In this document: positions 33,661-42,561 of the stretch, in pieces | Position numbering within the stretch: the first letter of the stretch is position 1 | How the letters are laid out: each line of letters starts with the position of its first letter | Assembly: GCA_965203965.1 (NCBI GenBank) | Contig: CBDBDR010000017.1 | Coordinates: 1,376,001-1,440,000, forward strand | Source of the DNA: Thermodesulfobacteriota bacterium | GTDB lineage: Bacteria; Desulfobacterota_D; UBA1144; Nemesobacterales; JAJCZQ01 | DNA length: 64,000 nt | Direction: 5' to 3' | Notes under the pieces: model-generated | Database searches by the model: none | The model's input: the letters and a program-made list of their open reading frames with translations, nothing else | Told to the model about the DNA's origin: nothing | Program-made: the position numbers and the translations under genes

Positions 33661-34983
33661 CTAACTGCTTTTTCCCTTTTCCCTTTTCTTTATATCTGCA
33701 AAAATAAAAATCCCGACTGGAACTATAGTCAAGGCAAGAACAAGTCTGGCAAAAGCAGCTCCTTCAAGCGAATAACGGGGAGCAAGCCAGAACAAAGCGC
33801 CCATGTAAATCAGCGAGGTAATAAGAGTAAAAGTCGTTCTGAACCATATTTTTCCAAGTGCAAGCAAAACTGCTCCCATCCAGAAGCCAAGTTTTAATAC
33901 AACCTCTGCGACAACAATAATCTTCATCGCAGTTGCTGCCGAGACATATTCAGCCCCGTAAAAGATTTCTATAATTTGTTCGGCAAATATAAAAAACATG
34001 ACTCCTGCCGGGATAAAAAACTTCGCCAGAAACTTGATTGCATATGAAACGAGTTGTCTGAAGTCGCGGTAGGAACCCTGTTCTTCGAGACTTACAAGCG
34101 CGGGATATATTGCCCGGTGGGCAGGATCGCTTAATTTTCCTAAAACATTTGTAAAACTGTTTGCCACTTTGTAAAGTCCCGCGACTTCACTTGTAAAAAA
34201 ATACCCGAGTGTCAGTATTGGAACTTCTCTGTTAAACACTCTTTTTGCAACTGAGGAGGCAGTTGAATTCAAAATAAAAATCATAACATTTCGGATTTCA
34301 GCATACATGGGTTTGATGCTTTCCCTGAACCACAAGGACATTTCCTGTTTTTTCAAAGCCCTGTTCACAAAAAATTGAAGGGCGACAAAGTTCACAAACA
34401 TTGCCCCCGCATAACCTACAAGAGCGCCTTTTATTCCAAATCCGGTGACAAGAGCGATGGCGACAAAAGTAACCCTCGCGGCAACGGCAGATACATCAAC
34501 AAGGGCGACAATTGTAAACTTGTTGAAAATTTCCAGTATTGACCTTGAGGTTGTGTTGACGGTGCCAATCAGAAGAGTGAAAGAGTATATAAAAATCAGT
34601 TCAAAGGTGTTTTCGGACTTAATGAAAAAGCTGTTTGCTATTTCTGCAAGCAAAAGCGTAGCAAAAAAAGCAACAATCCCCATGAAAAAATCTATTAGAT
34701 AGAAAAATTTGATGAAAGAAACGGTTTTTTTCTTGTCCTTTTTTTCCCAATAACGCCCGACATATTTGACAACTGCTTCGCTAACCTTGAAATCCAGAAA
34801 GTCTTTAATAATCTTCACATAAGCCGTAATAACTGACAAAAGACCGAATATCTCCGGTCCGAGAAAACGGGCGAGCAACACGACTTCTGCCATTGCGAAA
34901 ACGGAGGCTCCCGTTTTGCCACTGAAAAGCCATGATACATTTTTGAGAAAGTTCTTTTTTTCAGCAGACGATCTTGCCGGCAT
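33661..34983 (-). CDS. Polysaccharide flippase (Wzx/MATE-like)
   Basis: Multi-TM; LARFLGPE.FG, AGLYKVA. Confidence 0.88.
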   Translation of the reverse strand: MPARSSAEKKNFLKNVSWLFSGKTGASVFAMAEVVLLARFLGPEIFGLLSVITAYVKIIKDFLDFKVSEAVVKYVGRYWEKKDKKKTVSFIKFFYLIDFFMGIVAFFATLLLAEIANSFFIKSENTFELIFIYSFTLLIGTVNTTSRSILEIFNKFTIVALVDVSAVAARVTFVAIALVTGFGIKGALVGYAGAMFVNFVALQFFVNRALKKQEMSLWFRESIKPMYAEIRNVMIFILNSTASSVAKRVFNREVPILTLGYFFTSEVAGLYKVANSFTNVLGKLSDPAHRAIYPALVSLEEQGSYRDFRQLVSYAIKFLAKFFIPAGVMFFIFAEQIIEIFYGAEYVSAATAMKIIVVAEVVLKLGFWMGAVLLALGKIWFRTTFTLITSLIYMGALFWLAPRYSLEGAAFARLVLALTIVPVGIFIFADIKKREKGKSS

Positions 34984-35179
34984 TTTTTCTCTCCGCGTTT
35001 GCCCGACTCATAATTTCTTCTGCCATAGTTTTACGCACTGTGGCTTTTCACACACTCGTATGCTTGTTGAGAAAGCTGTAACAAGGTTGTCTTGAGGTCA
35101 TTTTATAGTTCTTTTTTACAGTGATCAACCGTGTCGTAACTATCTTTTTCATTAAGAGATATATCCCGGGAAAAACATT

Positions 35180-36373
35180 TCACAGAAGAGAATTCATAAA
35201 ATCTTCAACATTTGCAGCTCTCGCATCCCAACTGTACTCGTCAACCTGTTTAAGGGCGTTTTTGGATATAGAACTTGCAAACATCTTGTTTTCCAAACAT
35301 TTTGTTATACCTTTGGCAAATAAATACGGATTATCAGGTGGAACTAGAACGCTGTTTTGTTCGGATAAAATCTCCCTGATAATGGGAATATCACTTGAAA
35401 CAATAGGATTTCCCGAAGCCATATATTCAAACATCTTAATTGGAGAAGCATTCTGTCGCAGGTCCCATTGCTGCGAATATGGCATTGCGAGAACATCTGC
35501 GATCAATTGATACATGGGAATCTGAGATAACGGCTTGTGCCCCTCAATTTTCACTCTGTTTTGCAGTCCGTGGTTTTCAACTAGTCTGTTCAAGCGTTTC
35601 ATATCTTTTGGTAGACAACCAACGATCAAAACCAGCGTGGAATCGCGGAGAAATTTGGCGCTTTCAATCAAGGTTTCCGCACCCCTTCCCTCGTATGGCT
35701 TTCCGGTATAGACAACAAGACTTTCCGTGGATGGAATGGAAAGTTCCTTTCTGATTTGCTCTTTGGAAATCTCCCCCTTTTTTTTATAAGGACGTGTGTC
35801 AACACCGCTTGGAGCCACAAGAATTTTTTCCGAAGGCAAACCAGCATCGGTCAGATGTTGTTGCAACCATTTCGTTATAACGATAATACCCTTCATCTCT
35901 TTCAGACAATCAACCTCTTTCGCGGATTTGATCGGGTTGTGAACCTCACAGAAAAAAGGCGCCTTGTGTCTGCAAGCGTGAAACGCCATCCGTTTACCGG
36001 TTGATGCCGTATATCTGTAGTAAACAACGGATTGTTTTGAAGATATTTTTTTTGAAAGTTGAAACAGTTCTCGTTCAAGAGAGATCCCATAAACAAAATC
36101 CAAACGGAACGGAAGAAAAGTTAGAGAGGGAATGGATTTGATATTCAAATCCTTTCTCAGTCCAAAATAATCTTTGATGTTCTCCGTAAAATCTCTTTCA
36201 TATTTTCTCAAAAGAAGTGTAACTTCCAGGCTCCTTGAAAGAGCGTCAATCATTTTCGCAATCGCTGCCTGATGGGCTCTCATGCCGGGAAATTCAGAGC
36301 GGTGAACATAGACCACTTTTTCTATGGAATTTTCCGCACCCTCTGGTATGTGTTGTTGAGAGACTGGCATCAT
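35180..36373 (-). CDS. Glycosyltransferase family 4
   Basis: SPIKMFEYMASGNPIVSSD, YSWDARA. Confidence 0.9.
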   Translation of the reverse strand: MMPVSQQHIPEGAENSIEKVVYVHRSEFPGMRAHQAAIAKMIDALSRSLEVTLLLRKYERDFTENIKDYFGLRKDLNIKSIPSLTFLPFRLDFVYGISLERELFQLSKKISSKQSVVYYRYTASTGKRMAFHACRHKAPFFCEVHNPIKSAKEVDCLKEMKGIIVITKWLQQHLTDAGLPSEKILVAPSGVDTRPYKKKGEISKEQIRKELSIPSTESLVVYTGKPYEGRGAETLIESAKFLRDSTLVLIVGCLPKDMKRLNRLVENHGLQNRVKIEGHKPLSQIPMYQLIADVLAMPYSQQWDLRQNASPIKMFEYMASGNPIVSSDIPIIREILSEQNSVLVPPDNPYLFAKGITKCLENKMFASSISKNALKQVDEYSWDARAANVEDFMNSLL

Positions 36374-36759
36374 TGAATCGGCAAAAATCTGAAAAAATAT
36401 GGTTTCCTGCTATTATATATTTAACTTTTATATATCCAATTTTATCTTTCTCTAAAAAACTGTTGGAGAATGGGTTGAACCTAAACATCTTGCAATTCTG
36501 AATGAAGACCTTATTGAAATGGAATCTTTTGGTGTTTCAAATGTGGAAAGAAAAGTGGATGTAAAAAAGGTTGGACTTGATGATAAGACAAAAAGGAATT
36601 GAGTTAATATACTGGGGAAAACACTTACCTACTCTCAATCCATTAATGAGTCATATACATTGAGCAAAAGACTCGTTCCCTTTGCCCTTTTTATCTGTCA
36701 ACTGTGTGATACAATGCTAAAGTTATACCATAAGGTTTCAGTTCGTAAACGGTATTGTA

Positions 36760-37638
36760 TTGAGAATGAACTTATTACTGATAGATTTTGAAAAATTCCT
36801 GAAGTATGAAAAAAACTATTCTGAACACACGATCCGTGCGTATAGGAATGACCTCGGTGATTTTTTAGCTTTCTTGGAAAAGCGTTCTGTTTACCTTAAT
36901 GACGTCAGCACGAAAGAAATTAAACTGTATTTGCTTTTGCTTCATGATAAAAATTCCAAGTCAACCGTTTCAAGAAAGCTCACCACGTTGAGGTCTTTCT
37001 TTGACTTTCTTGTGAGGAAAAAATTATTTAATAATAATCCCGCAAAGCTGATCCCTCTTCCAAAGAAAGAAAAGAAACTCCCGGTTTTTCTATCAGTGGA
37101 TGAAGCGTTTACGCTTGTTGATTCGGTAAAGCAGGAAGACGTTCTGTCTAAAAGGAACAAAGCTATATTGGAACTTCTTTATTCCACCGGTATTAGGGTC
37201 AGTGAACTGTCTAATATAAAAATCCTTGAAATTGATATGTTTCGGAGTGTAATAAAAGTTATGGGAAAAGGCAGAAAGGAAAGAATGGTTCCTTACGGTT
37301 CAAAAGCAGGTGATTCCATCCGCGGTTATCTTGAGTTACGATCCGAGTTAAAACCAAAGGAGGACTATTTTTTTCTGAATAGACGGGGAACTAGGCTTTT
37401 GCCGAGAAGTATTGAAAGGGTAGTTAAAAAATATGGAGTTCTGTGTGGTATCTCAAAAAAGATCAGTCCCCACTCTATCAGACACACATTTGCGACTCAT
37501 CTGCTCGGTAACGGTGCTGACTTGAGGTCAATACAGGAATTATTAGGTCACTCAAGCCTTTCAACGACCCAGAAATACACCCACACGTCTGTTGAAAAGT
37601 TAATGAACATATATGATAAAACGCATCCGAGAGCATAG
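36760..37638 (+). CDS. xerC: Tyrosine recombinase XerC
   Basis: [43 protein letters not shown]; precedes hslVU. Confidence 0.93.
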   Translation: MRMNLLLIDFEKFLKYEKNYSEHTIRAYRNDLGDFLAFLEKRSVYLNDVSTKEIKLYLLLLHDKNSKSTVSRKLTTLRSFFDFLVRKKLFNNNPAKLIPLPKKEKKLPVFLSVDEAFTLVDSVKQEDVLSKRNKAILELLYSTGIRVSELSNIKILEIDMFRSVIKVMGKGRKERMVPYGSKAGDSIRGYLELRSELKPKEDYFFLNRRGTRLLPRSIERVVKKYGVLCGISKKISPHSIRHTFATHLLGNGADLRSIQELLGHSSLSTTQKYTHTSVEKLMNIYDKTHPRA

Positions 37639-37651
37639 CGAGGGAACTGGT

Positions 37652-38185
37652 ATGGAAATTTTTCATGGAACCACGATCGTTTGTGTAAAAAAGAATTCAA
37701 AAGTTGCACTTGGCGGTGACGGGCAGGTTACCCTGGGTGATACTGCCGTCAAACATTCGGCAAAGAAGGTCAGAAAAATATATGAAGACAAAGTGTGTAT
37801 AGGTTTTGCCGGATCAACTGCAGACGCTATCACACTTTTTGACAAATTTGAGTCAAAACTTCAGGAATTCAGAGGTAATCTCAAGCGCTCTGCCGTGGAG
37901 CTGGGCAGGGATTGGAGAACTGACAAAATCCTACGAAGGTTGGAAGCGCTGCTTATAGTTGCAGATAAAAAATATATGTTCCTAATATCCGGTAGTGGTG
38001 ACGTCATAGAGCCTGATGACAACGTATTGGCTATAGGCTCGGGTGGCTCTTACGCAAAAGCGGCGGCAAAAGCTCTTTCTAAATTTTCCGACCTGGAGCC
38101 GGAAGATATTGTAAGGGAATCTCTTGAGATAGCTTCTGAAATATGTATTTATACAAATAACAATATTACAATTGAGGTTATATAA
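37652..38185 (+). CDS. hslV: ATP-dependent protease peptidase subunit
   Basis: [25 protein letters not shown]. Confidence 0.97.
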   Translation: MEIFHGTTIVCVKKNSKVALGGDGQVTLGDTAVKHSAKKVRKIYEDKVCIGFAGSTADAITLFDKFESKLQEFRGNLKRSAVELGRDWRTDKILRRLEALLIVADKKYMFLISGSGDVIEPDDNVLAIGSGGSYAKAAAKALSKFSDLEPEDIVRESLEIASEICIYTNNNITIEVI

Positions 38186-38186
38186 G

Positions 38187-39545
38187 ATGTCTAAACAGCC
38201 ATTTTTTACCCCCCGGGAAGTTGTTTCAGAACTGGACAAATACATTGTCGGTCAAAATGATGCCAAGCGTGCAGTATCAATCGCACTCAGGAACCGATGG
38301 AGAAGGCAGCGTGTCCCCAAGGAATTAAGAGATGAAATTTCTCCTAAAAATATTTTAATGATCGGACCCACGGGCGTTGGAAAGACTGAAATTGCAAGAA
38401 GACTTGCCAAATTAGCTCAGGCTCCTTTTATAAAAATTGAGGCTTCAAAGTTTACCGAAGTTGGCTACGTGGGCAGGGATGTTGAATCTATGATACGTGA
38501 TCTGACGGAGATCGCGATAAAAATGGTTGCCGATGAAGAAATTGTCAGGGTCAGAATAAAAGCGGAGGAACTTGCTGAAGAGAGGCTGCTGGACGTTTTG
38601 CTACCCCCAATTCCCAGTGCTTCTTCTCCTGATAACAAAAATGAGGAAGATAAGGCACCTGAAAAAACCGAAAACACTCGAGAAAAACTGAGAAAGCGGC
38701 TTATAAAGGGAGAGTTGGATGAAAGATTGGTGGAAGTTGAGGTAACGGCAAGGAACAGTCCAATACAGGTGTTCAGTACCTCTGGCATTGAGGAGATGGA
38801 TGTCAACCTATCGGATATGCTGGGAAATCTCATTCCGAAAAAGACAAAAAGAAGAAAAGTTAAAATTCCCGAGGCTATGGAAATATTTACTCAGGAAGAG
38901 TCCCAAAAGTTGGTGGATATGGATAACGTTGTCAAGACGGCGATAGGAAGAGTAGAAGAGTCAGGGATCGTGTTTATTGATGAAATTGATAAAATCGCAG
39001 GCAAGGAAAGTGGAGCGGGACCGGACGTGTCAAGAGAAGGGGTACAGAGAGATCTACTACCGATCATAGAAGGCTGCACCGTAAACACAAAACATGGAAT
39101 GGTAAGAACTGACCATATTTTATTCGTAGGCGCGGGTGCATTTCATGTTTCAAAGCCATCCGATCTTATCCCAGAATTGCAGGGAAGATTTCCTATTAGA
39201 GTGGAGCTTGAAGCATTGAAAAAAGATGATTTTATATCAATTCTGACTGAGCCCAAAAACGCACTCACAAAACAGTATATAGAGCTTATGAAGACTGAGA
39301 ACATAAAACTCGTTTTTTGGGATGACGGTGTTGAAGAGATAGCCGAGGCGGCAACGTTTGTTAATGATTCAACTGAAAATATTGGTGCGAGAAGACTTCA
39401 TACCATTCTTGAAAAGCTCTTGGACGAGGTGTCATTTAACGCACCTGAGATGATCAACAAAGTTGTAGATATTGATTCAAAATACGTATCGGACAGGATT
39501 TCCGATATATTACAGGACAGGGATTTGAGCAGGTATATACTATGA
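38187..39545 (+). CDS. hslU: ATP-dependent protease ATPase subunit
   Basis: [38 protein letters not shown]. Confidence 0.98.
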   Translation: MSKQPFFTPREVVSELDKYIVGQNDAKRAVSIALRNRWRRQRVPKELRDEISPKNILMIGPTGVGKTEIARRLAKLAQAPFIKIEASKFTEVGYVGRDVESMIRDLTEIAIKMVADEEIVRVRIKAEELAEERLLDVLLPPIPSASSPDNKNEEDKAPEKTENTREKLRKRLIKGELDERLVEVEVTARNSPIQVFSTSGIEEMDVNLSDMLGNLIPKKTKRRKVKIPEAMEIFTQEESQKLVDMDNVVKTAIGRVEESGIVFIDEIDKIAGKESGAGPDVSREGVQRDLLPIIEGCTVNTKHGMVRTDHILFVGAGAFHVSKPSDLIPELQGRFPIRVELEALKKDDFISILTEPKNALTKQYIELMKTENIKLVFWDDGVEEIAEAATFVNDSTENIGARRLHTILEKLLDEVSFNAPEMINKVVDIDSKYVSDRISDILQDRDLSRYIL

Positions 39546-39881
39546 CCTTTACAGTGCAGTATTAAATTCTTTTTTCAATCAACATTTTCAACCCGATTAT
39601 TGGTCTGAGTGTTATTGTAGGTTTAAGTTTAGCTATAAAGTCGGGTATCAGTTTCCACTTTGATTGCTTAATTCAATCCGATAGATCCAATGAAGTCGGT
39701 ATGCTCTCAACTATCACCGGGGGATCGATCAAGGTTCTTCTATTCCTTGAAAATCAACCATTAATGCGTAAAATCAGACCCCAGTTATTATCAGGTGAGA
39801 GATGTTCCAAACGGAAAAAATTTTTCACAATTTAACTTGAATGTAACAGTCAAACTCAAATCAAAAAACGGGAGAAGGTTA

Positions 39882-40679
39882 ATGAACAATAACTCATTAA
39901 AAGATAAATGGGCTTTAGTATTAGGATCATCAAGCGGTTTTGGCGAGGCAATAAGCATATCACTGGCAAAAGCCGGTATGAATATTTTTGGTGTTCATCT
40001 GGACAGGAGAAGCACGCTTGACAAAGTGGAAGAGGTGAAGAAAAACATTGAATCTGAAGGTGGGCAGGCAATTTTTTTCAATGCGAATGTGTCAGATGAG
40101 GACAAGCGTAAAGATATCATTGGAACAATAAAACAAACAACCGGGGAAAAAAACTCAGTAAAGATACTTATACACTCGGTTGCATTTGGGACTTTGAAAA
40201 ACTACGTTGCGGATGATGAAAACCTTATGTTGAATAGGAAGAACATTGATATGACGCTTGACGTCATGGCAAATACTATTATTTACTGGACGCAAGATTT
40301 GGTAAGGGAAAAGCTCATGCGACAAGGTGGAAGGGTTTTTGCAATGACAAGTTCCGGCAGCCATAGGGTGTGGCCAACTTATGGGGCAGTGTCTGCTGCA
40401 AAGGCTGCCATTGAAGCTCATATAAGGCAGCTTGCCGTGGAGCTTGCACCTTATGGAATAACTGCAAATTCTATCAGGGCAGGAGTTACCGATACACCGG
40501 CACTCAGAAAGATACCCGGCAATGATGCCCTTGTAGAGCATGCGTTAAAAGCAAATCCAAGTGGAAGATTGACGACCCCACAAGACGTTGCAAAAGCAGT
40601 TGTATTGTTGTCAAACGACGATGCACAGTGGATAACTGGTAACGTAATTGGCGTAGACGGTGGAGAAGACCTTATATGA
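39882..40679 (+). CDS. SDR oxidoreductase (FabL-like enoyl-ACP reductase)
   Basis: LGSSSGFG, YGAVSAAK, GVTDTPAL. Confidence 0.85.
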   Translation: MNNNSLKDKWALVLGSSSGFGEAISISLAKAGMNIFGVHLDRRSTLDKVEEVKKNIESEGGQAIFFNANVSDEDKRKDIIGTIKQTTGEKNSVKILIHSVAFGTLKNYVADDENLMLNRKNIDMTLDVMANTIIYWTQDLVREKLMRQGGRVFAMTSSGSHRVWPTYGAVSAAKAAIEAHIRQLAVELAPYGITANSIRAGVTDTPALRKIPGNDALVEHALKANPSGRLTTPQDVAKAVVLLSNDDAQWITGNVIGVDGGEDLI

Positions 40680-40789
40680 TCTACCTTCAAACTTCATAAT
40701 ACTACTAATCAAGATAGTGTTTCCCGTTTTGTCACGTGGGATTAAGATATATTTTAAAGGAAAATTAAAGATAGTGCAGAGGTGAAAAA

Positions 40790-41740
40790 ATGGAAGCTAA
40801 TAAAGAAATAAAGGACAAATATAAAGTAGTTATCATGGGTTCCGGTCCCGCGGGATTGACGGCAGCACTTTACACTGCACGTGCCGATCTTGAGCCTATT
40901 GTATTTGAGGGTATGGAAGCTGGTGGTCAACTTACCCTGACAACGGAGGTTGAAAACTATCCGGGTTTTCCGCAAGGTATTCTCGGACCGGAGTTGATGG
41001 ACTCGATGAAGAAGCAAGCTGAACGGTTTGGTGCTCAATGCACGTTTGGCGAAGTTACAGACGTTGATCTTTCCAGTAGACCCTTCAGGATCACTACTAA
41101 TGCTAAGGAGATTCTTGCTGAAACATTCATAATTTCTTCCGGTGCTTCGGCAAGGATGCTTGGACTTGGATCTGAAAAAGAACTTTTGGGTTATGGTGTA
41201 TCAACCTGTGCGACATGTGATGGATTCTTTTTCAAGGACAAAGAAATAGTGGTTGTAGGTGGGGGAGACACTGCGATTGAAGAAGCTCTATTTCTTACCA
41301 AATTCGGGGTCAGGGTCAGAGTAATTCACAGAAGAGATGGACTGAGGGCATCAAGAATAATGCAGGACAGGGCATTTGCAAACAATAAAATTGAGTTTAT
41401 CTGGGACACCATAGTTGAGGAAATAATAGGTGATAAGCAGTCAGGTGTAAGAGGTATAAGGGTGAAAAATCTAAAGACGAGTGAGTCCAGCGAGTTATCC
41501 TGTCAGGGATTTTTTGTTGCGATCGGACACACTCCGAATACGAAGATATTTGAGGGTAAGCTCAACATGGATGAAAATGGCTATTTGATCACAAATGAAA
41601 GATCAACCCAGACGAATGTTCCGGGGGTTTTTGCAGCAGGGGACGTTCAGGATCACGTTTATAGGCAGGCAATTACTGCTGCCGGCACTGGGTGTATGGC
41701 AGCGATTGACGCGGAGAGGTTTTTGAGTGGGATTGAATAA
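40790..41740 (+). CDS. trxB: Thioredoxin reductase
   Basis: GSGPAG, CATCDG, GGGDTA, YRQAITAAG. Confidence 0.97.
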   Translation: MEANKEIKDKYKVVIMGSGPAGLTAALYTARADLEPIVFEGMEAGGQLTLTTEVENYPGFPQGILGPELMDSMKKQAERFGAQCTFGEVTDVDLSSRPFRITTNAKEILAETFIISSGASARMLGLGSEKELLGYGVSTCATCDGFFFKDKEIVVVGGGDTAIEEALFLTKFGVRVRVIHRRDGLRASRIMQDRAFANNKIEFIWDTIVEEIIGDKQSGVRGIRVKNLKTSESSELSCQGFFVAIGHTPNTKIFEGKLNMDENGYLITNERSTQTNVPGVFAAGDVQDHVYRQAITAAGTGCMAAIDAERFLSGIE

Positions 41741-41832
41741 AGAATTTAACAAGTTATTTGCACTCAAGCCAACAAGTTGACCCATCCCCCTTTCCCTCCT
41801 CGCTGGGTTTTCCCAAGGGGAGGGATTTTTTT

Positions 41833-41894
41833 AACCACCTTTTTTTAACCACCCCGTCAGGCTTTGCCTGCCACCCCTCCATAGGAGGGGAATT
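41833..41894. repeat. REP-like palindromic repeat, copy 1
   Basis: AACCACC(T)7AACCACCCCGTCAGGCTTTGCCTGCCACCCCTCCATAGGAGGGGAATT; near-identical at 42341 and 63953. Confidence 0.9.
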
Positions 41895-41997
41895 ATTTAA
41901 ACATCTACTCTTATTTGCAACTGCTAACTCACTGTATTTATTGCATTTTTTGCTATATCTCCATTTAAGACAAATGCGTTGTGCTTAAAGAGGGGAA

Positions 41998-42025
41998 TTG
42001 ACAAATTGCTTAAAGTTGCTAAACT
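41998..42025 (+). promoter_or_regulatory. Sigma70 promoter for ncRNA candidate A
   Basis: TTGACA-16 nt-TAAACT with extended TG. Confidence 0.65.
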
Positions 42026-42034
42026 TCAGGTTAA

Positions 42035-42157
42035 GTGTGTTGCGGCAAAAACTGCTCGGCGCAATAGCTGAGGGCATGCCTGATGCCCAATAAGTTCTGT
42101 AGGGGAGTTACCCGAGTCCCCCTCGCACACACAAGAGAGCGTCAGGGGCTCTCTTTT
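42035..42157 (+). ncRNA. Structured ncRNA candidate A (multibranch, with terminator)
   Basis: Closing stem GTGTGTTGCG/CGCACACAC; hairpins CTCGGC/GCTGAG, GGCAT/ATGCC, GGGGA/TCCCC; terminator AAGAGAGC..GCTCTCTTTT; upstream promoter. Confidence 0.6.
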
Positions 42158-42315
42158 AATTTCTGAATTTCTGACTTTAAATCTCTTATGCTTTCAAGCA
42201 CTTCTGCAAACTTTCTGTCTTGTTCAGCATTTTGCCGAGCAAATTCTATTTTTTGCTGAGCAGTAAGTTCTTCAATGTATTTTCTGAAGGATTTCAATTT
42301 TTGATCTCTTTCCAT
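42142..42315 (-). CDS. Small coiled-coil-like protein (57 aa, not in ORF track)
   Basis: Manual translation: MERDQKLKSFRKYIEELTAQQKIEFARQNAEQDRKFAEVLESIRDLKSEIQKLKESP. Confidence 0.5.
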   Translation of the reverse strand: MERDQKLKSFRKYIEELTAQQKIEFARQNAEQDRKFAEVLESIRDLKSEIQKLKESP

Positions 42316-42340
42316 TTATTTTCTAATTTTCTTGTTGTAG

Positions 42341-42389
42341 TAACCACCCCGTCAGGCTTTGCCTGCCACCCCTCCACAGGAGGGGAATT
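42341..42389. repeat. REP-like palindromic repeat, copy 2
   Basis: TAACCACCCCGTCAGGCTTTGCCTGCCACCCCTCCACAGGAGGGGAATT. Confidence 0.9.
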
Positions 42390-42416
42390 GACAAATTGCT
42401 TGAAATTGGGTAGGTT
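42388..42416 (+). promoter_or_regulatory. Sigma70 promoter for ncRNA candidate B
   Basis: TTGACA-17 nt-TAGGTT; GAGGGGAATTGACAAATTGCTT is identical at promoter A. Confidence 0.6.
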
Positions 42417-42426
42417 TTTGTTCAAA

Positions 42427-42561
42427 GGATGGACAGCAAAATCTCGCTTACCATTACGGTTAGGTAAATCCTGGAGACTGAGGACGTAACCCCTAAGAAG
42501 GCAGAGAGGAACCCGAGCCCTCTTGTCCACCCCAGAGGGAACCAGGCGACCCCTCAATTTT
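42427..42561 (+). ncRNA. Structured ncRNA candidate B, convergent on MuF 3' end
   Basis: Closing stem GGATGGACA/TGTCCACC, GCAAAA linker and ACCCGAG-loop hairpin as in candidate A; 3' GAGGG/CCCTC hairpin over the MuF stop codon. Confidence 0.6.

Noticed and set aside
36760..37638. Tyrosine recombinase as an island integrase
   Set aside because: xerC-hslV-hslU is a housekeeping arrangement
39546..39880. Intergenic hairpins between hslU and the SDR gene as an ncRNA
   Set aside because: Weak scattered stems with no recognisable motif or clear promoter-terminator pair
41833..42401. REP-like copies as a CRISPR array
   Set aside because: Too long, irregularly spaced by hundreds of bp, with another copy over 21 kb away
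41758..42489. ORFs 41758-41988 and 42220-42489 sharing TTPSGFACHPS
   Set aside because: The shared peptide is just the translated REP-like repeat
42294..42557. 87-aa ORF overlapping the MuF stop, as a possible immunity gene
   Set aside because: Runs through the structured RNA, promoter and REP palindrome and has atypical composition. Not fully excluded, since its start overlaps the MuF stop.
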